The notes: generated by a model not told the origin, from the sequence alone. DNA of 64,000 nt from Octopus vulgaris (GCA_951406725.2 OX597820.1:112592001-112656000); one strand, 5' to 3'. Positions 13,476 through 26,468 are shown, counted from the stretch's first letter. Numbers and translations are program-made.

Positions 13476-14224
13476 ACCTGCATGACTGACTACAACTGCA
13501 ACAGCAGGTCCCCTGCTTCAACCTTCCACAAACGACCTTCCACCAATGCCCTTGACCAAGACACACACCAATGCACCTGTGTACTTATATGCACACCCCT
13601 ATAAGGCAGCCATCCCACATATAACTATCCTCACCCTAGCACATACCCTCTCATGCAAACTGCATCCCCACATATACACAGACACCACACACACACACCC
13701 ACGCATTATACATTATGCCCTGCACACTAATAAAAAACCCCACAAGTTTATCCTTTACAGATAGAAAACAGACCAATGAACACAGTGCTATATACCTACA
13801 CCCCCAGAAAAAATCATGACTCTGCTGCACATATCACACACCTCATCCCCACAGGGACACCACATTAACAATACACACTTTCCCCACTTCAAGATAACTC
13901 TTGCCAGCTTCACAGCTTACCCTACCAAGGTACATAACTCTTCTAGCCAAATCTCCTGGCCCATTTTTAATTTCACCACTTTTTTCTCTCAGCAGCTGCT
14001 GACCAGTTGTGCTAATCCACCTCTGACAATAGAGAGCACTCGCCATATTCCCTTTCATATCCGATACTTCTGGTGAGTGTAATTATATAATTGGATAGTT
14101 ACATAACACTCCATTGTATTTTTGCTTGAAGTTGGTAAGACCAGCCGTGATGGATACTTAATACTATAAAATTTGGATAATATATATATATTTATATGAA
14201 TATACAAACACAGACACAGACACA

Positions 14225-14266
<42 letters not shown>

Positions 14267-14402
14267 CACAACCCTCTTTTACATCCAATCTCTGGATTTG
14301 TTTGAAAACTACTGGCTGGTTTAAAGTCTTGTGACAAACATCAAGGCTAAAAACAAAGGCAAACTTACATCAAGATCAGTTGGAGAATCCATCAATCCTT
14401 CA

Positions 14403-16213
14403 TGTACATATATGTGTGTATGTATGCATGTATGCATGTATGTATGTATGAATGTATGCATGTATGTATGTATGTATGTATGTATGTATGTATGTATGTA
14501 TGTATGTATGTATGTGTGTATGTATGTATGTATGCATGTATGTATGTGTATGTATGTATGTATGTATGTATGTATGTGTGTATGTATGTATGTATGTATG
14601 TATGTATGTATGTATGTATGTATGTATGTATGTATGTATGTGTGCATGTATGTATGTATGCATGTATGTGTGTATGTATGTATGTATGCATGTATGTGTG
14701 TATGTATGTATGTATGTATGTATGTGTGTATGTGTGTATGTATGTATGTATGTATGTATGTATGTATGTATGTGTGTGTATGCATGTATGTATGTATGTA
14801 TGTATATGTGTATGCATGTATGTATGTATGTATGTGTGTATGTATGTGTGTATGTATGTGTGTATGCATGTATGTATGTATGTATGTATGTATGTGTGTA
14901 TGTATGCATGTATGTGTGTATGTATGTATGTATGTATGTGTGTATGTATGTATGTATGTATGTATGTGTGTATGTATGTATGTATGTATGTATGTATGTA
15001 TGTATGTGTGTATGCATGTATGTATGTATGTATGTATGTGTGTATGCATGTATGTATGCATGTATATGTATGTATGTATGTATGTGTGTGTGTATGCATG
15101 TATGTATGTACGTATGCATGTATGTATGTATGTATGTATGTATGTATGTATGTGTGTATGCATGTATGTATGTATGTATGTATGTATGTATGTATGTATG
15201 TATGTATGTATGTATGTATGTATGTATGTATGTATGTATGTATGTATGTATGTGTGTATGTATGTATGTATGTATGTATGTATGTGTGTATGCATGTATG
15301 TATGCATGTATGTATGTATGTATGTATGTATGTGTGTGTGTATGCATGTATGTATGTACATATGCATGTATGTATGTATGTATGTATGCATGTATGTATG
15401 CATGTATGTATGTATGTATGTATGTATGTATGTATGTATGTGTGTATGTATGTATGTATGTATGTATGTATGTATGTATGTATGTATGTGTGTATGCATG
15501 TATGTATGTATGTATGTATGTATGTATGTGTGTATGCATGTATGTATGTATGTATGTATGTATGTGTGTATGCATGTATGTATGCATGTACGTATGTATG
15601 TATGTATGTATGTGTGTGTGTATGCATGTATGTATGTACGTATGCATGTATGTATGTATGTATGTATGTATGTATGTATGTATGTGTGTATGTATGTATG
15701 TATGTATGTATGTATGTATGTATGTATGTATGCATGTATGTATGTATGTGTGTGTGTATGCATGTATGTATGTACATATGCATGTATGTATGTATGTATG
15801 TATGTATGTGTGTATGCATGTATGTATGCATGTATGTATGTATGTATGTATGTATGTGTGTATGCATGTGTGTATGTATGTATGTATGTGTGTATGTATG
15901 TATGTATGTATGTATGTATGTATGTATGTATGTATGTATGTATGTGTGTGTATGTATGTATGTATGTATGTATGTGTGTATGTATGTATGTATGTATGTA
16001 TGTGTGTATGTATGTATGTATGTGTGTATGTGTGTGTGTGTATGCATGTATGTATGTATGTATGTATGTATGTATGTATGTATGTATGTATGTATGTGTG
16101 TATGTATGTATGTATGTGTGTATGTATGCGTGTATGCATGTATGTATGTATGTATGTACGTATGTATGTATGTATGTATGTATGTATGTATGTATGTATG
16201 TGTGTATGTATGT
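14403..16213. repeat. ~1.8-kb (TATG)n compound microsatellite with TGTG/CATG/TACG variants
   Basis: Directly visible; source of the spurious 550-680 aa ORFs. Confidence 0.97.
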
Positions 16214-16870
16214 AAATGTTGTTGTACATGATGTCAAGTAGATCATAAATGCATTGCAAGAAGAAAGAGAGGAACTAAAACAAACCCTGGGGCACTCAAG
16301 AGGCAACAAAGAGTGAAACAGAGAGAGAGAGAGAGAAAGCCTTGCCAGCATACACCTTGAGAGTGCAATCTGACAGGAAGTTACTGATTCAGGAGAATGT
16401 CAGGTGCAAATGAACATGCTGATTGAGGTGTTGATTGTTATGTAAATAACATAAAATCTTTGTTTCTGCCATTTGTGAAAGTGTTGTTGCTTATTATCTA
16501 ACTTAGAATTTTGTAATTTTATTGAACATTTATTATTATTTTTTTTTATTTAATTTTCCCCAGAAACTATCTCAAATGTAATGGTTTTCCGAATAACATA
16601 GCATAACATTCCTGATGCTTTGGTAAAACCCTTTTTAAATTAATTTGACTTAAGTTAAATTGAGTTAATTATGTAACACAATTATGCAATGATATATTTT
16701 CTGATGTAATGAAACAGGCATTGAACACAAATAAAGTATAAACATGCAAACTATAAGTAAAATTTCTGCTTTTCTGCCTTTAAGCTAAGTATGTTGTTCT
16801 TAAAGATCATTTTAGCTGAATTTATTATATAAATATTTCAGCATTTCATAATATCATTGTAAATATTTCA

Positions 16871-17274
16871 GGCGCAGGAGTGGCTGTGTGGTAAGTAGCT
16901 TGCTAACCAACCACATGGTTCCGGGTTCAGTCCCACTGCGTGGCATCTTGGGCGAGTGTCTTCAGCTATAGCCCCATGCCGACCAATGCCTTGTGAGTGG
17001 ATTTAGTAGACGGAAACTGAAAGAAGCCTGTCGTATATATGTATATATATGTGTGTGTGTGTTTGTGTGTCTGTGTTTGTCCCCCTAGCATTGCTTGACA
17101 ACCGATGCTGGTGTGTTTACGTCCCCGTCACTTAGCGGTTCGGCAAAAGAGACCGATAGAATAAGTACTGGGCTTACAAAGAATAAGTCCTGGGGTCGAT
17201 TTGCTCGACTAAAGGCAGTGCTCCAGCATGGCCGCAGTCAAATGACTGAAACAAGTAAAAGAGTAAAAAGAGTA
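16871..17274 (+). mobile_element. tRNA-headed SINE group A, young full-length copy
   Basis: A box TGGCTGTGTGGT, B box GGTTCAGTCCC, CTTGGGCGAGTGTCTT core-like block, internal TA/TG microsatellite and a tail ending (AAAAGAGT)n. Confidence 0.9.
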
Positions 17275-17760
17275 ATAAAATTAAAAGAAAGACAAACTGG
17301 TTCATTGCTATCTCCCTCTCTTACTCAGGCATCATACATAAAAAGAAAACAACACACTGAATGGTGTAGTCCTAGATAACTCTAGGCCTGAAACAAGAAG
17401 AAAACCAGGACGAAACAGAATGAAGGCCGGAATACTTGTTCACTGAAAGCTGGCACGAAACAAAACAACAACATCAAACCTTATGCATTCACATACACGT
17501 ACATGTAACATACATAAATGCACATTGACATTTAACCAGTTCCATTCTATTGCATTAAAGCTGCAACTCAGCTCATTTCTGACCAACAAGAACTCCATTA
17601 TCCAAAATGATCCAATAATCACACAGTGACACTTTTACATGATTACAAACAACTATTATAACCACAAATATCTAATCAGAATTATGTAAGTGGACGTTGC
17701 TAATATATCTATGAACACATTTGTCTTGTATTTCTCTTTCCTTTTCTGGTGAGCTGATAT

Positions 17761-18178
17761 ACTCTTTCTCTTTTTTACTCTTTTACTTGTTTCAGTCATT
17801 TGACTGCGGCCATGCTGGAGCACCACCTTTAGACGAGCAAATCGACCCCAGGACTTATTCTTTGTAAGCCCAGTACTTATTCTATCGGTCTCTTTTGCTG
17901 AACCGCTAAGTGCCGGGGACGTAAACACACCAGCATCGGCTGTCAAGCAATGCTAGGGGGACAATCACAGACACACAAACATATACACACACATGCATAT
18001 ATATATGCATATATACAACGGGCTTCTTTCAGTTTCCGTCTACCAAATCTACTCACAAGGCTTTGGTTGGCCCGAGGCTATAGTAGAAGACACTTGCCCA
18101 AGATGCCACGCAGTGGGACTGAACCCGGAACCATGTGGTTGGTAAGCAAACTACTTACCACACAGCCACTCCTGCGCC
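17761..18178 (-). mobile_element. SINE group A, young full-length copy (inverted)
   Basis: Near-identical reverse complement of 16871-17274. Confidence 0.9.
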
Positions 18179-18972
18179 TGCGATATGTTTTTTTTTATAG
18201 ATTCTGTATTTCTATTAGTTTTTGTATATGTGTGTTTGTCCCCCCCAACATCTAATTTTATTTTCATATACTTCAGCATATGAACAGAACTGGTCAACAC
18301 ATTTAATGCCTAAATAATGGTTTAAGAAATATCATTTTGAGAACAGGAAAAAACCACCACATAATTTATATTTTGTTTATTAATCATTGATAAAAATATA
18401 TGTTTCCTAGATTCAGTAATCAATGGTATAATATAGTAGAATATTACTCATCATATGGTGGATAACTTTAGAACTATACTGCTACCACTGTGGGAAATAT
18501 TAGGAAATATAGCATACATACAATAATCATGATTTAACTTTTGTCAAATTTTTTGGTACTTATACCAAAAAAAAAAAAGAAATGAATACTAATTAAAAAA
18601 AATATTTATTATCTTAAAATAAAATTTAATAAAACAAATTTCTCATTTGCATATTTGGAATAAATGTATGTATTATTTTCCTAATTTTCATCAACATTAT
18701 CTACTCTATCAAAAACTTATTTCTGCAAAATTTCATTAAAAAATGTATATTTTTCAGCAAGTTATGTTATATTTCACAGCCTCTTATGTTAACTCTCTCT
18801 GTATCTCTTTTTTACTCTCTCCCTCCCTTTTTGTATATGACAGGAGAAATCAACCAACCAACCAACCAACCAACCAACCAGCCAACCGACAGTTATTAAA
18901 TATATATGATTATTATTCTCTCTCTCTCTCTCTGTGTAGCATCCTTTTAATCATTGCCTCCCATCAAGCACT

Positions 18973-19043
18973 CACCAGCATCGGTTGTCAAGCGATGTTG
19001 GGGTGGGGGACAAACACAGATACACAAACATATACACATACAC

Positions 19044-19104
<61 letters not shown>

Positions 19105-19289
19105 CATACATATATATACATATATACGATGGGCTTCTTTCAGTTTTCGCCTACCAAATCCACTCACAAGACTTTGGTTGGCCCGAGGCTATAGTAGAAG
19201 ACATTTGCCCATGGTGCCACGCAGTGGGACTGAACCCGGAACCATGTGGTTGGTAAGCAACCTACTTACCACACAGCCACTCCTACGCC
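18973..19289 (-). mobile_element. SINE group A, 3'-truncated
   Basis: Matches 17928-18178 with an expanded internal (TA)n. Confidence 0.88.
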
Positions 19290-19651
19290 TATACAATGGT
19301 TGTTTATATTCTAATTTAAAATTTTGCTAAAGTCAAGTTTACCTTTCATTCTTCAAAGATTGATAAAATAAAAGACCAGCCAAATGTCTTACTTTGGGTA
19401 TAAGTCAGGAATTAATGGATTAGTAAAATCATTAAAGTGTAGTATTTTCTCTGACTCCTCTATATTCTGAGTTCAAATCCTATTGACATCATCTTAGCCT
19501 GTCATACTTGGGCGGGGGGGAAATAAAGTAGCTGTACCAGTCAAATATTTGTGTCTATGACATTGACTAGCTTCCCACCCCTCCCACACTCTCATTAAAA
19601 GTCCTGGCCTCGGCTTAAATTAGAAACAACTAATTTTATTATTGATAATAA

Positions 19652-19865
19652 GGTGGCAAACTGGCAGAATAGTCATCACGCCAGGCAAAATGCTTGGTGG
19701 TGTTTTATCTGTCTTCATGTTTTGAGTTCAAAATCCACTGAGACTGGCTTTGCCTTTCATCCTTTCAGGGTTGATAAAATAAGTACCAGTTACGCACTGG
19801 GGTTGATTTAATAAAGTAAATGCCTCCCCTGTGATGGCTGACCTTGTGCCAAAAACTTGAAATCA
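19652..19865 (+). mobile_element. SINE group B
   Basis: Diverged match to 3882-4040. Confidence 0.7.
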
Positions 19866-19914
19866 ATATTATTATTGATGATGATAAGGATCAGGAAATG
19901 TCTTTCCAGACATT

Positions 19915-20008
19915 TCTACATTACTGCATGTACTTTATATGCACTTTCTGACAAGTTGTGGTGCACCTGAGCACTGTATACAATAATTTCATTATTATCA
20001 TTATTATA
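19915..20008 (+). mobile_element. CR1-like LINE 3' terminus
   Basis: GTTGTGGTGCACCTGAGCACTGTATACAATAA + (ATT)n; same end as 43750-43842. Confidence 0.65.
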
Positions 20009-20819
20009 ATCACCACAACACCTCCCTCCCCACCACCATTATTATTGTTAATTAGACCATTGTTAATTAGACCCATTTGAAAGAGTGTTAAGTAAAGCTA
20101 ACGTAACTGATTCAAGCATTGTGAGAACAGAAAGTTGCAAAGATGTCCCCCAATGCCACCTGCTGTCCACTCACCCCCTCATACCACTATCAACATCACC
20201 AACACAACTTAACATACAACCACCACCACAACCACCACCACCACCACTACAACCACAGCCACAGCCACAACCACCACCACCACAAACATTACCAGCACCA
20301 TCAACCACTCCAATCATTATCTGAGAAAGATTCCAGACAGTGATTTACTTTTTCTTTAATCCAATCTTTCTCTGCCTTCTGCTTTTGTTACCCCAACAGC
20401 TGTCTCCACTACCACCGCCACCACCACCACCACCACCACCACCACCACCACCACCACCACCACCACTGCCACCACCACTGCCACCACGACCCCCCCACCC
20501 CACCACCACCACTCCTACCATCGTAATAAATTTAAATAAATAAGTCAATCAAGAAAAAAAGTTAAGAAAAGAGTAGAAAATATTGAAAAAATAGATCAGA
20601 AACAAAGAAAGACAAAGGAAATGAGTAACAAATCAGTCTATATAGAAGTATGTGACTAGTGGTAGAGGTAGTAGTAGTAGTGGTAGTAGTAGTAGTAGTA
20701 GTAGGAAGGAGGCTGTAATGTATTTGTATTGATCATGGTAATGGTGGTGGTGGGGATTGTAAATGTGACAGCAGCATTGGGATTGAGATAAATAGTGAGT
20801 TTAATTGGTGGGGAGTGGA

Positions 20820-21863
20820 GGTGCAGTGTTGTGGAGGAAGCATTGGCTTCTGTTGGTTTGTAGTGCTGTGGAGGAAGTGTTGGGTCTGTTGATGGTTTGT
20901 AGTGCTGTGGAGGAAGAATTGGATCTGTTGGTGGTTTGTAGTGCTGTGGAGGAAGAATTGGGTCTGTTGGTGGTTTGTAGTGCTGTGGAGGAAGAATTGG
21001 GTCTGTTGGTGGTTTGTAGTGCTGTGGAGGAAGTGTTGGGTCTGTTGGTGGTTTGTAGTGCTGTGGAGGAAGAATTGGGTCTGTTGGTGGTTTGTAGTGC
21101 TGTGGAGGAAGAATTGGGTCTGTTGGTGGTTTGTAGTGCTGTGGAGGAAGAATTGGGTCTGTTGGTGGTTTGTAGTGCTGTGGAGGAAGAATTGGGTCTG
21201 TTGGTGGTTTGTAGTGCTGTGGAGGAAGAATTGGGTCTGTTGGTGGTTTGTAGTGCTGTGGAAGAAGAATTGGATCTGTTGGTAGTTTGTTGTGCTGTGG
21301 AGGAAGAATTGGGTCTGTTGGTGGTTTGTAGTGCTGTGGAGGAAGAATTGGGTCTGTTGGTAGTTTGTAGTGCTGTGGAGGAAGAATTGGATCTGTTGGT
21401 GGTTTGTAGTGCTGTGGAGGAAGAATTGGGTCTGTTGGTGGTTTGTAGTGCTGTGGAGGAAGAATTGGGTCTGTTGGTGGTTTGTAGTGCTGTGGAGGAA
21501 GAATTGGGTCTGTTGGTGGTTTGTAGTGCTGTGGAGGAAGAATTGGGTCTGTTGGTGGTTTGTAGTGCTGTGGAAGAAGAATTGGATCTGTTGGTAGTTT
21601 GTTGTGCTGTGGAGGAAGAATTGGGTCTGTTGGTGGTTTGTAGTGCTGTGGAGGAAGAATTGGGTCTGTTGGTAGTTTATAGTGCTGTGGAGGAAGAATT
21701 GGATCTGTTGGTGGTTTGTAGTGCTGTGGAGGAAGAATTGGGTCTGTTGGTGGTTTGTAGTGCTGTGGAGGAAGAATTGGGTCTGTTGGTACTTTGTAGT
21801 GTTAATGAAGAATTGGATTTGTTGGTAGCTTGTAGTGTTGTGGAGGAAGCATTGGTGGTTTCT
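20820..21863. repeat. 39-bp minisatellite, ~26 units
   Basis: Unit TGTAGTGCTGTGGAGGAAGAATTGGGTCTGTTGGTGGTT, contiguous with no spacers and degenerate edge units. Confidence 0.95.
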
Positions 21864-22079
21864 AGTGTTGATGTTTGGTGCTGGCAGATGGTAATAAAGT
21901 CTGTTGTAATGATGATGTTGCTGTTGGTGGTGGTGGTGGTGGTAGTAGTGGTGGTGATAGTGTTGGTATTGAAATGAAAGATAGAGAGAGAGAGAGAGAG
22001 GGACAGAGAGACAGAGAAAGAGAGACTGACAGATAGATAGATAATGAGAGAGAAGAGAGAGAGAGAGAGAGATGGTAGC

Positions 22080-22112
<33 letters not shown>

Positions 22113-23123
22113 TGTATGTATGTATGTATGTATGTGTGTGTGTATGTATGTATGTGTGTATGTATGTGTAGTTGGGGAGCAGTACTTGTCAAGCCTGTTA
22201 TTCTGCTACAATCGCGTTCTGTTGTTTGTGATTAACTGAAGACATTATTGAACATTTCCAATTTAAAGTGGGTTGATGAGTGAATATGGGGGGGGGGGGT
22301 GAGTGATAGTGATTTTAGCAACAACAGTAATGTCAACAGTGTGTGTTACTGTTGTTATTGTTGTTGTTGCAGTGGTGGTTGTGATGGTGATGTCAGTGAT
22401 GTCATTACAAGGAGAGGCTTGACAATAAAACAAGAAAATAGACAAGTAAATTTTATCTTGATGTAATCTATATTCTGTGAAGATTTTTACATAAATCTAT
22501 TCCACTCCATAACCATTTACCAGCTAATTAATTTGTATATTTTGTTAATAATTTAATAAATTACTTTAGATATACAGTTGGTGATAGATTTAGTCTCTCT
22601 TATTTTGTTTTTGAATTTCATTCTGCAGTTATCAGCAAAAAAATCTGCATCATCCTCTGCCATCACCCTCTGTCATCACCCTCTGTCATCATCATCATCG
22701 TTGTTGTCATTGTCATTGTTGTTATTGTCATCATCAGCAGCAGCATCGTTTTAGTGTCTGCTATTCTATGCTCAGATGAATCAGATGGAATTTTTTGGGG
22801 CAGATGTTTTTTTTTCCTTATAACTGGATGCCCTTCCACTTGCTAACACTCACCTGTTACCAAGCTAGGTAATATTTCCCAATGACCAGACACATTTTTT
22901 AATAGAAATTAGCAGGTAGTACTTGTACGACAAATGACTATTGTTCTGTGTCAAGACAAGAAGACATACACATACATATGCTCCCTCTCTCTATATCTCT
23001 CTCTCTCTCTCTCACATACACACATAAATGTGTGTGTGTATATATACATATATACTATGATAAATGTAAAAAGTTAATGTTTGTTTTAGAAGCATTGAAA
23101 TGTGTATTGTGAGATACAAATGC

Positions 23124-23373
23124 GATGACAATTTATTTTCAAATGCATAAACGTTGATAGAACCACACAGATTGGATAAAATATCCATACAAAGCAGAAA
23201 AATTTGTCAGCAACCAGCCACGAGACTCAAACTCACATCCCTTTGATTACAGGTCAAGTGCTTTACCAATTAAGCTAAACTACCCACTGACAAATTAATC
23301 CGCTTTGTATGGATACCTGATCCACTCTTTGCTGTTCTATCAGCACTTTCGTGTTTGAAAATAAATTATCATC
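23124..23373. repeat. ~87-bp inverted repeats flanking the tRNA-like sequence
   Basis: 23124-23210 versus the reverse complement of 23287-23373 (GATGA.AATTTATTTTCAAA...GATAGAAC...TATCCATACAAAGC.GA..AATTTGTCAG). Confidence 0.85.
23212..23284 (-). pseudogene. tRNA-like sequence (anticodon TGT, Thr-like), decayed
   Basis: 73-nt cloverleaf GGTAGTT TA GCTT AATTGGTA AAGC A CTTGA CCTGTAA TCAAA GGGAT GTGAG TTTGAGT CTCGT GGCTGGT T. The acceptor stem is poor, position 33 is C and the T-loop is TTTGAGT. Confidence 0.7.
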
Positions 23374-23400
23374 TTATATATATGTGTATGTGTGTGTATG

Positions 23401-23435
<35 letters not shown>

Positions 23436-23584
23436 GTATGTGCATATATATATATATATATATATCAAAGTAAGCACACAGATGTGAAACAAGGTGCAAA
23501 AAAAATTAGTACTAGAATATCGATATAGAGTAATATGCTTTATTATTAAAGCTGAAAAAAATATCACAAAAGTACCAAAAAAAT

Positions 23585-23622
23585 CTGCTACTCAGAGTTT
23601 CATGTTCCCGTTCGTTGGACAG
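23585..23622 (-). ncRNA. Decayed minimal type-I hammerhead-like motif
   Basis: Minus strand: ctgt-CCAACGA-acg ggaa cat-GAAAC-TCTGA-GTA-gcag. Confidence 0.45.
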
Positions 23623-23693
23623 TTTAGATACACATATATACACATATATATGTATATATACATATAAATATACACACACACATATATACACAT

Positions 23694-23984
23694 ATCCAAA
23701 GTTAGGGAGTGGAGTAGTTAAGATCCAAACTACATATGTTTCATAGCTAGCAGAACCTTAAATGTAGTAATTATCTAAACAAGGGGTAATCCACTAGCTA
23801 CTCGAATCTCCTGTGAGTCAACATGGGATCCCTTGACAACAAACTTCTTTTGATTAAGGTATATTTGGCCCAATGAGTAGCTAGCAGATTACCCCTCGTT
23901 TGGATAATTACTACATCTAAGGTTGTTCTAGCTATGAAACATATGTAGCCTAGACCTTATCTATTCCATTTCCTAACTTTGGAT
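23694..23984. mobile_element. Foldback unit (110-bp arms, 71-nt spacer), probable PLE pLTR plus inverted partial copy
   Basis: 23694-23803 is the reverse complement of 23875-23984; the + strand carries a hammerhead-like motif. Confidence 0.65.
23856..23959 (+). ncRNA. Type-I hammerhead-like motif with enlarged stem II
   Basis: ggc-CCAATGA-gtagctag...ctagctat-GAAAC-ATAT-GTA-gcc. Stems I, II and III all pair, loop 3 is palindromic, and the core deviates from CTGANGA. Confidence 0.6.
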
Positions 23985-24145
23985 TTTGATACAGGAAAAA
24001 CTTACAACCTTCTACATCAATAGACTATTACTGTTCCTGAAAGTTGTTTTTTATACCTTCTACGAACTGCTTGAAGCTTACTATTTTCCTACACCTTGAT
24101 CCTTGGATCTTACCTTTACTTACATACACACACACACGCACAAAT

Positions 24146-24189
<44 letters not shown>

Positions 24190-25699
24190 ACACATACACA
24201 TATATATACTGTGGAAACTTGGTTTATGAATTTAATTCTTTCCTGAAGGTCATTTGTCATCCAAAATGTTTGTAAACCAAAACTATTTTTCCTATAGGAA
24301 ATTCAAGAGAAGACATGGAGAATTCCATCTGGAGTATGCACTGAGTGAAAGCTAGGCAGCAACTCACACTCACCTGTTGATACCCCTATCTTGTTGCCAA
24401 CCTCTTTTACCAGCTTCGATGTTCATCACTTGAGACACCATTCATCATCCCAGATGTTTTATGTTCAAAAAATTGTTCACAAACTGAGATTCCACTATAT
24501 ATGTATATATGAAGCAAAAGCTGAATGCTCATATGTCATCTTCAACGGGAGAGTCCATCAGTCCAAGGTGCTCTGCAGTGGGACTGGACCTGAAACCATG
24601 TGGTTGGAAACCAAACTTATAAAGCACACAGTTCTGACTACACTTATTCAAAGAAATACTGTGAGATTTTTAGATTCCTGATAGAGTTATTTCATTTTGC
24701 TTACATTGTTAATGCCTTTAGGAAAGGCATACTCTTCACAACATCATTTCTTCCTTCTGTGTCACAAATCAATAAGGTTAATTGTCCAGTGACAGGATAT
24801 TTATGATTATGAATAGTCAGGCAATTAACTCTATTTATTGCATTTGCATGAGATGAATGAAATATTGATTGATTAAGTCCAGTAATTTAAACATTTGTTA
24901 ACACAATAAAAAGATCATCATCATCATCATCATCATTGCCTTAACATCTGCATTGCTATACAGGCATGGACTGAATGAGTCTGCAAGACAGCAAATTGCT
25001 TATTGTTTTGATTATGTGTCATTTTGTTGGTGGAGCCCTGCAGTTTGAGATCTTATCATAGAGACATTGTCACATGTTTTGTTCCTGTCATAGGAAACTT
25101 CAGTTGGAAATACATAATCTTGTTGAGAATATGTGAACACATTGATGATTCAGTGCCTATGATATACTAGAGCCCCCATCAGGGCCAACAAGGAGTCCCT
25201 CAGATCAAAGATCACCCTGACCACCAAAGATACAAGCCCTTTCCAAGCTGTTGTTCTTCAATCTACAGGCAGATGCTTAGAGTAATTCCATTCATCCTAA
25301 CCATTTTTGTCAAAGTCTAATTTTGACAAATTTGCAGAGGAAGAGCACTTCCCTTTCCACTTTCATTCATTTTTTTAAGTGAACTTGAAAAAGTTGATGA
25401 GAGCTTGACAGAAGGAGAAAGTGTCAGTCAATTCTTTTAGCACACAACCTTTATTGCCATCACTATTAGACAAAGACACACCACCTGCCCTGCCTTGTTA
25501 GGGCTGGGTTTTGAACTGATTCTCACAACGGACATACTTGATAGCCAATTTCATCCTACATGTGACATCTGTTCAACATAACTCCACAAGCGAGCAACAC
25601 TCTGACTGATGAGTATATGTTGTACAGTTTCATTACTTTGTGCACATCTCGGTCTTACCCGAAGGCCCTTCTATGCCTGTAAGAATTTGCCATGAACCA

Positions 25700-26050
25700 G
25701 TAGTGCCTTTTTAGCATTGAAAGGCTTAGGTTGCCTGGAAATCATCTCTTTGTCCTTGTTGACACCAAGAGTACAGAACTAAGTACATAATTGCTAATCC
25801 AGTTTCTGTAGTCTTTTTGTGTTGGGAAAGACACATTAAACTTTCGATTGAAGGGTTCCTGTTTATGACTGTGCCAATCATAAATTTGTGGCCTGTGCAG
25901 CCAACCAGTTTAAAATGTCAACACCCTACACTATCTCTATCAGGTAATGTAATGAACACTCTATCTAGATGATAGATCTGGATGACCCCTTGTGTTTGTT
26001 CCATGTCCAGACTAGCACATTCAGGAAAGCCAGTCTTTATGTTCTGGATT
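25700..26050 (-). pseudogene. Possible L1/Tx1-clade endonuclease remnant, highly decayed
   Basis: The minus strand gives WTWNKHKGSSRS../HLDRVF..GCTGHKF..RKFNVS, echoing the FTW..SRID..SDH..WKFN.S motif order. Confidence 0.4.
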
Positions 26051-26468
26051 TATGACTGGTATACTTAGTACTTTGCTAGGATTAACACCACCACCAGATT
26101 TTTGGACATCTTTAGCAGAGTTTATCTGTTGTAAACATCTGGGTTAGTTCTTAGATTTTCTTAAAAGATAGATGATCATGGAGGTTGAACTTTACTTTTT
26201 GACTAATTGGTAAAAAACAAACTAAGAGAACCCCATCAATCACATCATGTTAAAGAGTTTTTAAAAAAATGATTGATAGAATAACAATGGTTAAAAGTGA
26301 TTTTTTAAATTAATTTTAATAATGATAATGATGATTATGAATAGTGAATGCATGTTATAGATGAGGTCATGAATAGTGATGAAAGAACTCTGATGAACCT
26401 AGCTGACTGATTGATTCACTGAACAAGTAATCAAATAAACAATTAGTTAATTGGTTACATGGTTTGAC

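Noticed and set aside
14321-16351. Six overlapping ORFs of 551-676 aa
   Set aside because: They are translations of the stop-free (TATG)n microsatellite, open in all frames, with no protein character.
20085-20548. Poly-Pro/His/Gly ORFs
   Set aside because: (CCA)n-type low-complexity sequence with no splice or domain support.
20820-21863. CRISPR-like regular array
   Set aside because: Units are contiguous with no unique spacers, there are no cas genes and the context is eukaryotic; it is a minisatellite.
23212-23284. Functional tRNA-Thr gene
   Set aside because: The acceptor stem is mostly wobble or mismatch, position 33 is C and the T-loop is mutated; reported as a pseudogene or element component instead.
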